Positions 47,580 through 54,940 of a DNA stretch of 54,940 nucleotides are shown piece after piece. The DNA is from a virus. Lineage: Duplodnaviria > Caudoviricetes. A program made the translations under genes and the position numbers. The notes below the pieces were generated by a model, which searched no databases, had not been told where the DNA came from, and saw nothing but the letters and a program-made list of their open reading frames with translations. Within the stretch, counting starts at the first letter, position 1. Each line of letters starts with the position of its first letter. The stretch is taken from positions 1 through 54,940 of the IMG/VR virus record IMGVR_UViG_3300020452_000389, one strand, 5' to 3'.

Positions 47580-48311
47580 TTAAAGTGTTTTGTTAATAAA
47601 ATATTGGGTAGGATCAAAGCCTTCAGACTTATAAAATAATTCATAAGCCTTCGCTGCTCTTTCAACTTTGTCCATACCACGTTCATAAAACTCGGGTGAG
47701 CAGTCAAATATACCTATTTGTTCTGTATTTTTATCAATGGCAATAAATACCATTTCGTAGCCAAATAGTTTACTATAAATATAAGCTTGTGAATCGTAAT
47801 TGTACTTAGATGCTGAGTATTTAAATTTTTGAAGATCTGCTGTGGTTTTTAAATCAACTACTAATTTTTCTTCATGATTTATAATATCAGCTTTACCTTT
47901 CCATAATTGATTCGCAAGCTTTGTAATCGCTGGTTTTTCGTATTCATTAGTCTTATTACGAATTAAATCAAAGCAAATTTTATTAGATAACATTGTTTCT
48001 GTTAATTTTTCTATTTTATCTACTTCATGCTGTAATAAGCATAATTCACCACCAGACATCTCTTTATAAGCTTTAGTATTTCTAGTTGTAGATTCTATAA
48101 CCTTAAATTTTTTAATTTTATCCGGTTCAAGAATAGCTGTGTGAAAATAACCACCAACTAAAAATGCAGGTCTTTGTTCAGACTGTTTACCTAAAGCTAA
48201 AGGATTGTTAAGTAACGTGCCAATGTCAGAATTACTAAGATATTGTTTACCAAAGTCTCCGTAATAATGTTTATCGTCTCGTAACTTTTCAATTACTTTT
48301 TCGTTTGTCAT
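47580..48311 (-). CDS. PD-(D/E)XK exonuclease (RecE/ExoVIII-like)
   Basis: LSNS, G..FHTAILEP, KGKAD, DLKTT, Y..QAYIY. Confidence 0.85.
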   Translation of the reverse strand: MTNEKVIEKLRDDKHYYGDFGKQYLSNSDIGTLLNNPLALGKQSEQRPAFLVGGYFHTAILEPDKIKKFKVIESTTRNTKAYKEMSGGELCLLQHEVDKIEKLTETMLSNKICFDLIRNKTNEYEKPAITKLANQLWKGKADIINHEEKLVVDLKTTADLQKFKYSASKYNYDSQAYIYSKLFGYEMVFIAIDKNTEQIGIFDCSPEFYERGMDKVERAAKAYELFYKSEGFDPTQYFINKTL

Positions 48312-48820
48312 TATAATGTTTTAAGTTCCTTTTCTAATTCAGGTGTTACTTGGTATTTCTTTTTAATTGTTTCAATTTTACCGCCAGATTTTACAAAAGC
48401 TTTAGCTTTATTTATAGCTGTTTTATCCATAGCTATACCGTTTAAAGCATCGCTATCTGCAGTATCATCAATTAAAAATAAATTTCCTAATGCGTACTTC
48501 TTACCATAACTCGATGCAGTACCGAATTGCTGGGGTGTTTGCATGCCTTTTTGATTAAGATCTACACCAACTATTGCTGTGGCATTTAACGTTTGTTCTC
48601 CGTCCGTTATTGTTGCTGTAGTCTCTAATATAGGCATGGGATCTGAAGCTAATAATTTTTCATTAATAACTACTGATACTCCTAATTCTAATAAATAGGG
48701 TTTTGTTGCTTCGAGAATGTCTTCGGCTGATCTGAAGTAATATTTGCCGAATGAGTTAAACCTACTTTTTTTCGATTTAAACTTTGTCTGGATCGTTGCC
48801 AGTTTAGTGTTTATTGTCAT
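48311..48820 (-). CDS. ERF-family single-strand annealing protein
   Basis: YYFRSAEDIL, QQFGTASSYGKKYALGNLFLIDD. Confidence 0.88.
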   Translation of the reverse strand: MTINTKLATIQTKFKSKKSRFNSFGKYYFRSAEDILEATKPYLLELGVSVVINEKLLASDPMPILETTATITDGEQTLNATAIVGVDLNQKGMQTPQQFGTASSYGKKYALGNLFLIDDTADSDALNGIAMDKTAINKAKAFVKSGGKIETIKKKYQVTPELEKELKTL

Positions 48821-48841
48821 ATGGTATATTGGTTTTTCTTA

Positions 48842-48854
48842 TTAATATAATTAC
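48842..48854 (-). promoter_or_regulatory. Putative phage promoter motif (copy 4)
   Basis: GTAATTATATTAA on the - strand between the sigma gene and ERF. Confidence 0.45.
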
Positions 48855-48883
48855 ACATAATTTTTAGTTTTTACAAAGGTAAA

Positions 48884-49648
48884 CTACAGATAGTCAAGCA
48901 CTTGCGAGTGGTCCACACTATCTATTAATTTATCTACTGCTTGTTTTTTTAGCTCTGAAACACGAACATAATTGCTAACTCCATCTATATTTAATTTTGT
49001 TGCTATTTCTTTAGCTGAATGTTTTTCACAGTCTAATCCGTAACTTAACCTTAATACTTCATATTCTTTTTCATTTAAATATTTAGTCATTAAACCTTTT
49101 AAATAAATATTAAGAAGTTGTATATTATATGGTTCAGATTTATCAGGTATTTGGAACATAATGTTTTCTCCATCACTATTTACTGGTTGTGAATCAATAG
49201 ATAAAAATATACTATTAAAAAACATAGCAACCATTTTCTGATCTTTACCATTATCTTTACGCATCTCATTGAGCTTGTGTTCTGGTATTCTTATATCTCC
49301 TCTTGCAGCATCAATTTTTCTACGTAAATGACCTTTGATTCTTTTACTAAAAAAAGATTTTAGGGTTTTTTCTATATCTTCACTTTCTTTTAATGTATCT
49401 CTATCTAATTTAGCAATAGCTCTAGTCAATGCTTCACCTCCAATTTGTATAAAATCATTTATAGTTAATACACCAGAAGCTTGCTGTGATGTTGAGAATT
49501 TTCTAGCTAAATTTTCTACTAAAGGTAAGAATAAAACTTTAAATTCTTCATCTGTATAATCAATCCATTTTTTATGAGGAATTAATTTTAAAGATTCTTT
49601 TAAATCTTCTTTATACCTAATGTAATTTTGTATATTATATTTCTTCAT
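48884..49648 (-). CDS. Phage sigma-70-family RNA polymerase sigma factor
   Basis: LVENLARKF, DFIQIG, IRIPEH; region 4 LNEKEYEVLRLSYGL...KEIA...RVSELK. Confidence 0.88.
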   Translation of the reverse strand: MKKYNIQNYIRYKEDLKESLKLIPHKKWIDYTDEEFKVLFLPLVENLARKFSTSQQASGVLTINDFIQIGGEALTRAIAKLDRDTLKESEDIEKTLKSFFSKRIKGHLRRKIDAARGDIRIPEHKLNEMRKDNGKDQKMVAMFFNSIFLSIDSQPVNSDGENIMFQIPDKSEPYNIQLLNIYLKGLMTKYLNEKEYEVLRLSYGLDCEKHSAKEIATKLNIDGVSNYVRVSELKKQAVDKLIDSVDHSQVLDYL

Positions 49649-50258
49649 TTAATATTTGTTTTTCGTTTTTAAGCTGTTGGCTTAATTTTCTATAAATAGT
49701 TCTTGTAGAACAATTAAGTAATCCTGCTACTCTGCTCCATGTTATTTTTTTATTCATATCATTTAAATCAAGCATGCATTGATATATAGCCTCTTCATCA
49801 ACCATCGATGATCTACCTATTAATTGACCTACAATTTTTAACTTACTACTCAAGTCTAACCCAGAGTACGGTTTAAATATTACTTTACGTAGCTTGTTAG
49901 CAGGTGGATCACCACCTTGACTATATACATCTATAATCATTTGATCGAGTATTTTTTCTTTAATAAAAAAAGTTACAAAGCCATTATCTTTGTTGGCTAT
50001 AAATCTAGCTACATGCTCAAAGAAAGGACTTAGTCCATACTCATTATCTTGATTTAAATAGTATAATACAAGCATGTGCCACTTTAATGATTTGTATGTA
50101 GTTATTTTAGCCTTGCTATTAAACAAGTGATAACAACCATGCGTACCATTCTCATAAAACTTATATTGGTCTGTTTCTATAGTAGGGATATCATTGCCAT
50201 CAAATCGATATATAACCCTTCTATCGTTCAACCATTTTATATTCCTAGCATGTGACAT
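49635..50258 (-). CDS. DNA-binding protein with C-terminal HTH
   Basis: ITWSRVAGLLNCSTRTIYR. Confidence 0.7.
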   Translation of the reverse strand: MSHARNIKWLNDRRVIYRFDGNDIPTIETDQYKFYENGTHGCYHLFNSKAKITTYKSLKWHMLVLYYLNQDNEYGLSPFFEHVARFIANKDNGFVTFFIKEKILDQMIIDVYSQGGDPPANKLRKVIFKPYSGLDLSSKLKIVGQLIGRSSMVDEEAIYQCMLDLNDMNKKITWSRVAGLLNCSTRTIYRKLSQQLKNEKQILNEEI

Positions 50259-50265
50259 TTGCCTA

Positions 50266-50385
50266 TTACTTTCTTTTATTCTTAAACCTATTGTCACGTC
50301 TAGGCTTTTGAAAAGCCTTTATTTTGTCTGTAATGCCAAAAACATTTGTTTTTATTAAATGTTTTAAATTAGTTATTGTGCTCAT
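50266..50385 (-). CDS. Small basic hypothetical protein (39 aa)
   Basis: MSTITNLKHLIKTNVFGITDKIKAFQKPRRDNRFKNKRK*. Confidence 0.5.
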   Translation of the reverse strand: MSTITNLKHLIKTNVFGITDKIKAFQKPRRDNRFKNKRK

Positions 50386-50716
50386 ATAATTCAATTTTTA
50401 CGTTATTCCATTTTCCATACTTCATAGTTGTGTCAACTAAAAAGTCTATTCTATTTGTCCATCGTTTATTCATACGATCTCTTATGACCCAAAGGCCATT
50501 CATTTCGCCAGCATTGCTAATTAAAACAACGCTATTCATTTTAAAACCTTTAGCTTCAAGATCTCGAGACACAGCTATTATTCTGTGTGACTCGGGATTA
50601 TCCATGTTAATTTTAAAATTAGTAGCAGTTCTATCAGGCGTACTATCAGTTTGAGCTGGAGTTGCATGATATATTGTAGCGGTTACTACAATAATCTTCA
50701 ATGTTTTTAATATCAT
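50369..50716 (-). CDS. 3D-domain (MltA-like) protein
   Basis: VTATIY, IIAVSRDL, VIRDRM, RIDFL. Confidence 0.75.
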   Translation of the reverse strand: MILKTLKIIVVTATIYHATPAQTDSTPDRTATNFKINMDNPESHRIIAVSRDLEAKGFKMNSVVLISNAGEMNGLWVIRDRMNKRWTNRIDFLVDTTMKYGKWNNVKIELYEHNN

Positions 50717-51182
50717 ATAGTTTTTCTTTTTTAATATTACATATAGAGCTTTTGTCACCAATATAGTATTGCCAATAGGCTCTTAAACTATCGCCTTCAA
50801 CTTTATATTCATCAGGCATACACTGTGGAGGTTGTGTGAACTCTTTACCCTGTATATACAGCGGAGGTTTAGCCAGAAAGTCTTTACATTTAGTTATTGT
50901 TAAATGTGTTTTATCGTATCGCTTTGTATACTCATCACCAAGAGCTATCATGTGATCGTATAACCACATGTAAGTAGATCTTGATTTTCTAGCCCATACA
51001 GTTGATGGGTGATTTAAATGAGCCTGTTTATAAGGTACATTTTTCCTCTGCCATTTATCACCATAACAATGATGAGATGTACAAAGCATCTGGGCTGATT
51101 CTAAGATCATTTTAACAACATGCTTATTATATTGTAGCTTTGCTGCTTTAACAGGATCCTCGTGTAAATAAAATATATTCAT
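50646..51182 (-). CDS. Pyrimidine-dimer DNA glycosylase family protein (DenV-like)
   Basis: MNIFYL...KHVVKMILESAQML...HLNHPSTVW...PPQCMPDEYK. Confidence 0.8.
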   Translation of the reverse strand: MNIFYLHEDPVKAAKLQYNKHVVKMILESAQMLCTSHHCYGDKWQRKNVPYKQAHLNHPSTVWARKSRSTYMWLYDHMIALGDEYTKRYDKTHLTITKCKDFLAKPPLYIQGKEFTQPPQCMPDEYKVEGDSLRAYWQYYIGDKSSICNIKKEKLYDIKNIEDYCSNRYNISCNSSSN

Positions 51183-51289
51183 TTATATCTTTTATTGTCT
51201 AATCTATTATAATGTTTGTCTAATAAGAGGTTTGCCACCTCTTCTGATATTAAGTTGTCGTTGTATAGTTGCCATATTAATTTACTCAT
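51179..51289 (-). CDS. Small hypothetical protein (36 aa)
   Basis: MSKLIWQLYNDNLISEEVANLLLDKHYNRLDNKRYK*; overlaps both neighbours. Confidence 0.6.
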   Translation of the reverse strand: MSKLIWQLYNDNLISEEVANLLLDKHYNRLDNKRYK

Positions 51290-52121
51290 AATTTCTAATG
51301 CATTTAAATAGCGGGTGTCTGTAACTACCCGCGTTAGTTCTTTGAAAGTACGTAAACGTAGCTCTTTTACCTATATAGTTATCTATATTTTTAAGCATAT
51401 TAGCCATATCTTTATAAGTAAATCCTTTACCAGGAGGACAGCCGAATTGTATACCTTCGTCATCTAACATTATAAATTTACCAAGTGTACCTGTTCGTTT
51501 ACCTTGACCTAATTCATAGTTAATAATAGTAGCCTCAGCATCAGAGAAGTCTTTAAACTTCATAAGATCATAAGATCTACCGTGTTTGTATAAACCATCA
51601 AGCCTAATGATGGAACCTTCATAACCTTGATCTAAAAATTCTGCGTGTATTTCTCTAGCATAATTATAGCTATCAACTAACTTTGAAGGTACATACTTAA
51701 TTTGAGCGTCATATATGTCAGACGTTACAAGTTGTTGCATACGAGTTTTGTAGCTGTCATACATAACACCGTCAAAATAATCGTATACGTGAAACTGTAC
51801 AAGATGTTGAGCATCTAATCTATCAATATCAGTTGGCTTTTGTTTTCTAACAAGAGATATAATTTTTTCAAAATTATGTTTAAGCTTGTGATTATATAAT
51901 TCACCGTCAAGTATAACGTCAGGTTGTTGATTGAAAAAAGGTTTAAGAGCCATTTCAATATGTTTCACATTCATAAATTGTTTATGATTACGTGAATATG
52001 CGCCGTTTGAGGTAAATAAACATCTAACACCATCAAGTTTTGGTTGTATATATACGGGTTGATCCCAGTCTACTCTAGACTTATTAAACTTGTGTGCAAG
52101 CATTGCTTTTTTAATTGTCAT
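51282..52121 (-). CDS. ATP-dependent DNA ligase
   Basis: QPKLDGVR, LDGELY, VYD, YEGSIIR, LMKFK. Confidence 0.95.
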   Translation of the reverse strand: MTIKKAMLAHKFNKSRVDWDQPVYIQPKLDGVRCLFTSNGAYSRNHKQFMNVKHIEMALKPFFNQQPDVILDGELYNHKLKHNFEKIISLVRKQKPTDIDRLDAQHLVQFHVYDYFDGVMYDSYKTRMQQLVTSDIYDAQIKYVPSKLVDSYNYAREIHAEFLDQGYEGSIIRLDGLYKHGRSYDLMKFKDFSDAEATIINYELGQGKRTGTLGKFIMLDDEGIQFGCPPGKGFTYKDMANMLKNIDNYIGKRATFTYFQRTNAGSYRHPLFKCIRNYE

Positions 52122-52356
52122 CTAATTTTTTTTCTATTCTTTTAATTTTATTTAATATTATCGCTGCTTTACGATATTCCTCTTTACTTTCTAACATAGC
52201 TAGAATAGTATTTAATCTAGCTAATTCAGAAATTAAGATTTCTTCTTCGTTTGCTAACAAAGTTAGGGGACTAATGTCCCCGTATTTTTCCAATATTTTT
52301 GCTAACACTAAGTCTGCTAACAAATCAATATTGTGTTCGTTATTTATATTATCCAA
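52111..52356 (-). CDS. Hypothetical protein with a UVR-like C-terminal helix pair
   Basis: EEYRKAAIILNKI. Confidence 0.6.
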   Translation of the reverse strand: MDNINNEHNIDLLADLVLAKILEKYGDISPLTLLANEEEILISELARLNTILAMLESKEEYRKAAIILNKIKRIEKKLDDN

Positions 52357-52368
52357 TTGTTTTTGTAT

Positions 52369-52854
52369 TTAATTTGTATTTTTAGGAGAATCAGAAGCAT
52401 AAATATGAACTTGTTTATCATTTCTAGTTTCACCATTAGCAAAATCTGTATAATCCATATCCTCCATATACTTAGATATAATCTTTTCTGGTTTTAATAC
52501 AAATACATTTCTATTACTGTACTGATCCCAACAACTAATCCATATGTCAGGTTTACCTGTCCATATAACATAAGTATAATGGTGATCTATATGTTGATGG
52601 TCTTGATATAAGTAGCAACTGTCATAGTAATGATCGTGTACTAGCTTTGCAGCTAATGCACTACCATCTTGTCTACCATTAGTGTGACACCAGTTTGCTA
52701 ACTGTACACCCTGCCATTCAGGATAACCATCGTGATGTAAATACATATTTACATAGCTTTTGTCACTGAAATGACAAGGATCTGCAGCAAATCCTAGCTC
52801 GTTTTCTTCTGCATGTTTTCGGTCTACGACCATTGTTAAATTTCTAGTACTCAT
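52369..52854 (-). CDS. Phage early protein with YxHxDGYP motif
   Basis: MYLHHDGYPEWQGVQL. Confidence 0.75.
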   Translation of the reverse strand: MSTRNLTMVVDRKHAEENELGFAADPCHFSDKSYVNMYLHHDGYPEWQGVQLANWCHTNGRQDGSALAAKLVHDHYYDSCYLYQDHQHIDHHYTYVIWTGKPDIWISCWDQYSNRNVFVLKPEKIISKYMEDMDYTDFANGETRNDKQVHIYASDSPKNTN

Positions 52855-52966
52855 CTTTATATTTTTTGTATTCTTCTTTAGTTATCCACTTATCTATTTC
52901 AGAGACGAAAACCATTTCGCCTCTAAATATTAAGCCATTAAAATTTCCTGGTTTTAAAAATTCCAT
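52844..52966 (-). CDS. Small hypothetical protein (40 aa)
   Basis: MEFLKPGNFNGLIFRGEMVFVSEIDKWITKEEYKKYKDEY*. Confidence 0.55.
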   Translation of the reverse strand: MEFLKPGNFNGLIFRGEMVFVSEIDKWITKEEYKKYKDEY

Positions 52967-52967
52967 A

Positions 52968-53426
52968 TTATTCTTCGTATATATAACCGTTACTTTCTAA
53001 TTCATCAACTTTGTCATCATGTAGCCCATCATAAACATCGTGATACCATTCTGCTAATTCACAGTCTAAATCATCTTCAATTTCATCCCATATATGTTCA
53101 GCAACCCAAACATCTTGGTTGTTAACTAAAGTATCTAGTATTCTTTCAGCAAACTCATTACCATCAGCGTAGTAATATATATCACTAGCAAAATCTCTAA
53201 CGCCGTCATGTTCATGTGTACATGCATATACATCATAAGTATCTGCAGTTGTTTCAGTATATACCAGTAAGCCTTCAGCACCTTGTGCCCAGCTACTCGT
53301 GTTATCTAAGTTACCACCGTAGTTAGCGGTAATATATTCAAGAATCCAGTTCATATCTGGTTCTTGCATTATGCCGTCAGCTTCTAATTTTTCTGCGACG
53401 TCATCATAATTAATTATTTCACTCAT
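52968..53426 (-). CDS. Highly acidic early protein (paralog of 53997-54449)
   Basis: Start reassigned to MSEIINY because the longer ORF runs through the tRNA; very D/E-rich. Confidence 0.8.
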   Translation of the reverse strand: MSEIINYDDVAEKLEADGIMQEPDMNWILEYITANYGGNLDNTSSWAQGAEGLLVYTETTADTYDVYACTHEHDGVRDFASDIYYYADGNEFAERILDTLVNNQDVWVAEHIWDEIEDDLDCELAEWYHDVYDGLHDDKVDELESNGYIYEE

Positions 53427-53446
53427 TGTATTTAATTTAAAATTAG

Positions 53447-53519
53447 AGCGAAAAGTGGGACTCGAACCCACAACATTCACCTTGGAAGGGTGATGCTCTA
53501 CCAATTGAGCTATTTTCGC
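53447..53519 (-). tRNA. tRNA-Gly (anticodon UCC)
   Basis: GCGAAAA/TTTTCGC acceptor stem, GCTC/GAGC D stem, TCACC-CTTCCAA-GGTGA anticodon arm, GTGGG-TTCGAGT-CCCAC T arm, U73; CCA not encoded. Confidence 0.95.
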
Positions 53520-53522
53520 ATT

Positions 53523-53617
53523 AGAGGAGATGCCCCGATTTCCGGTTGGATTCAAAAGGGTTTGTACTCAGGACCTTTCTACTGTTACCGGTTTTCGGGA
53601 ACGACTTACACTCCTCT
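53523..53617 (-). ncRNA. Unnamed 95-nt structured RNA abutting the tRNA-Gly 5' end
   Basis: Five nested helices; G-U pairs only on the - strand; AGUA/GAA internal loop. Confidence 0.7.
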
Positions 53618-53874
53618 TAGTCTAATAAGACCATATAAGCTTCAGAGTTGTTTGTTCTGAACCAACTTAAAGCTTTATCAAAGTCATTAATCATTTTTTG
53701 GTTATATTTTCCTGTTTCAAAAATAGATTGACACCCAATTATGAAATCATAAATACTTAATTCTTCTGCGGTCAACTCGTGGCTTTCGCCAGAAAAAGGA
53801 TTAGTTACTTCTCCACCGCTTGTGTATAAGCTTCCTTTAAACCATTTAGGTAATTTTTGTTTAGATTTTAACAT
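53617..53874 (-). CDS. Hypothetical phage protein
   Basis: VTNPFSG...ELSIYD...WFRTNNSEAYMVLLD. Confidence 0.75.
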   Translation of the reverse strand: MLKSKQKLPKWFKGSLYTSGGEVTNPFSGESHELTAEELSIYDFIIGCQSIFETGKYNQKMINDFDKALSWFRTNNSEAYMVLLD

Positions 53875-54007
53875 TTTTATTTATTATGAGTGGAGACTCA
53901 TCTTTATTTGTTTTAATATAATAGACCGAATCTCCTTCTTCTATTATAATATTTTTGTTTTTAAACCTTTTAGGGTAATTTTTTAACACATATTCTTTAA
54001 TCTTCAT
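53861..54007 (-). CDS. Small hypothetical protein (48 aa)
   Basis: MKIKEYVLKNYPKRF...KDESPLIINKNVKI*. Confidence 0.55.
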   Translation of the reverse strand: MKIKEYVLKNYPKRFKNKNIIIEEGDSVYYIKTNKDESPLIINKNVKI

Positions 54008-54449
54008 AGCTATATCCTTCTTCTATTAATCCTTTTATTATTTCTTCTTCTTTTAAATTAGATAAATCTATATAAAGATCTTCAATAGCGTCATTAACAT
54101 AGTAATCGCTTTGATCTTCAATTCTTATTGTATAGCCACTGGTTATTGCATCTTTTAGACATTGTGTTAATTCACAGTCATAATAATGAATATCACTACC
54201 TACACAGATATTTTGATCATCTTCAGTAGCAATATAAACACTGTAACCATCCGCTGTAGACTCTTCATATATAAAATAGTCACAACTAATTGTACCAAGT
54301 GTAGAATGAGGATCTATTAATTTAGCGTTATAGTATTCTAAAACTACATTTTGCATATGAAATTCATCGTGTGCTAAATCTTCATTAAACTCTGTTTTGT
54401 TTAATAATTCCTCTACTAATTCAGGTGTTATTAATTTTTTAATTCTCAT
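53997..54449 (-). CDS. Highly acidic early protein (paralog of 52968-53426)
   Basis: YEESTADGYSVY...SDIHYY; ends LIEEGYSYED. Confidence 0.8.
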   Translation of the reverse strand: MRIKKLITPELVEELLNKTEFNEDLAHDEFHMQNVVLEYYNAKLIDPHSTLGTISCDYFIYEESTADGYSVYIATEDDQNICVGSDIHYYDCELTQCLKDAITSGYTIRIEDQSDYYVNDAIEDLYIDLSNLKEEEIIKGLIEEGYSYED

Positions 54450-54454
54450 AATTA

Positions 54455-54691
54455 TTACTTTATTAAAAATTTACTACCGCCATACATTATATCACTAGCG
54501 GATATTTCATGAGTATATAAACTTGCATATGTCATTAAAGAGCTAATTTCACTTATTGTTAACTCATGCCACATTGTGCTACTCATTAATTTATATTTTA
54601 ATCTTTTAGCACTATCATATTGTCTAGCGCTAGCTTGCAACTCTGATTTAATAGGTTCAACAAGTCTTTGGTAAATTGATTTTAATTTCAT
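54455..54691 (-). CDS. Hypothetical protein
   Basis: 78-aa ORF. Confidence 0.7.
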   Translation of the reverse strand: MKLKSIYQRLVEPIKSELQASARQYDSAKRLKYKLMSSTMWHELTISEISSLMTYASLYTHEISASDIMYGGSKFLIK

Positions 54692-54733
54692 ATTATTATT
54701 ATCTTATTATTATTGTATTTTGTTTGTAATTAG

Positions 54734-54811
54734 TGGAAGTGGGCGGAGTCGAACCGCCGTTTACTAGACGACCACATATTTGTGGGTATTAGTACTTACC
54801 TTATCACTCCC
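54734..54811 (-). ncRNA. Minimal tmRNA-like RNA (tRNA-like domain only, Ala identity)
   Basis: GGGAGTG/CACTTCC-A with G3-U70, stemless D loop, 3-nt AAC linker, GGCGG-TTCGACT-CCGCC T arm, no anticodon loop. Confidence 0.75.
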
Positions 54812-54829
54812 ATAAGATAGCAGTCGCGG

Positions 54830-54936
54830 ACTGGTAGTTAACTAGTATTGTCATTTATCCGCTCTTTCTGTTTTGCTAAAGTTATAGCTGCTTATATAAG
54901 CTTTTTCCGCCTTACCCTTTAACTAACGTGACCAGT
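54830..54936 (-). ncRNA. Probable structured RNA, possibly truncated at the window edge
   Basis: ACTGG/CCAGT and TAGTTAA/TTAACTA close a domain containing two small hairpins. Confidence 0.4.
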
Positions 54937-54940
54937 AGGC

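Noticed and set aside
50252-50297. GTGACA/TGTCAC inverted pair around the start of the HTH gene
   Set aside because: Only 6 bp per arm and a single instance; it could be an operator but cannot be supported from this window.
53427-53555. N-terminal extension of ORF 52968-53555
   Set aside because: It is a translation of tRNA-Gly and the adjacent structured RNA; the ATG at 53426 has a typical leader.
53540-53580. TPP riboswitch resemblance (CUGAG...ACCC...GAA)
   Set aside because: The ACCUGAU...AUGC..GCG.AGG half is missing, and the element precedes a tRNA rather than a thiamine gene.
54848-54886. Short frame AKQKERINDNTS* as a trans-acting tmRNA tag
   Set aside because: It starts with GCA but lacks the hydrophobic ALAA-type end; too short to distinguish from chance.
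1-54940. CRISPR array, integrase or transposase, introns, inteins, diversity-generating retroelement
   Set aside because: No repeat-spacer periodicity, recombinase or reverse-transcriptase motifs were seen, and core genes appear uninterrupted.

Overview
This window is most of the genome of an AT-rich lytic dsDNA tailed phage. It is inferred to be a podovirus-like phage of marine Flavobacteriia/Bacteroidota, based on A/T-rich Shine-Dalgarno-less leaders and the type of terminase, portal, capsid and tail genes. There are two convergent arms. The + arm (1-38.7 kb) carries groEL-groES, many small genes, a tandem GroES-fold gene, terminase, portal, scaffold, major capsid, tail and ejection proteins including a 3156-aa multidomain protein, and a lysis cassette. 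The - arm (38.8-54.9 kb) carries ribonucleotide reductase, a 2OG-Fe(II) oxygenase, endonuclease I, MazG-type enzymes, a ThyA-fold enzyme with the dCMP-specific signature, primase-helicase, SSB, exonuclease, ERF, a sigma-70 factor, a DenV-like glycosylase, DNA ligase, small early genes and tRNA-Gly. No DNA polymerase or integrase is visible. Most notable: (1) a 78-nt anticodon-less tmRNA tRNA-like-domain RNA (G3-U70) plus two further unnamed structured RNAs; (2) several +1-frame ORFs overprinted inside core genes, one matching a recognisable small phage protein pattern; (3) a -1 frameshift signal at the end of an ejection-protein gene; (4) a polyvalent giant virion protein (zincin, sigma-region-2-like and HAD modules with K-x-S linkers); (5) a probable cytosine-modification cluster. 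All calls come from reading the sequence by eye; no searches were run.
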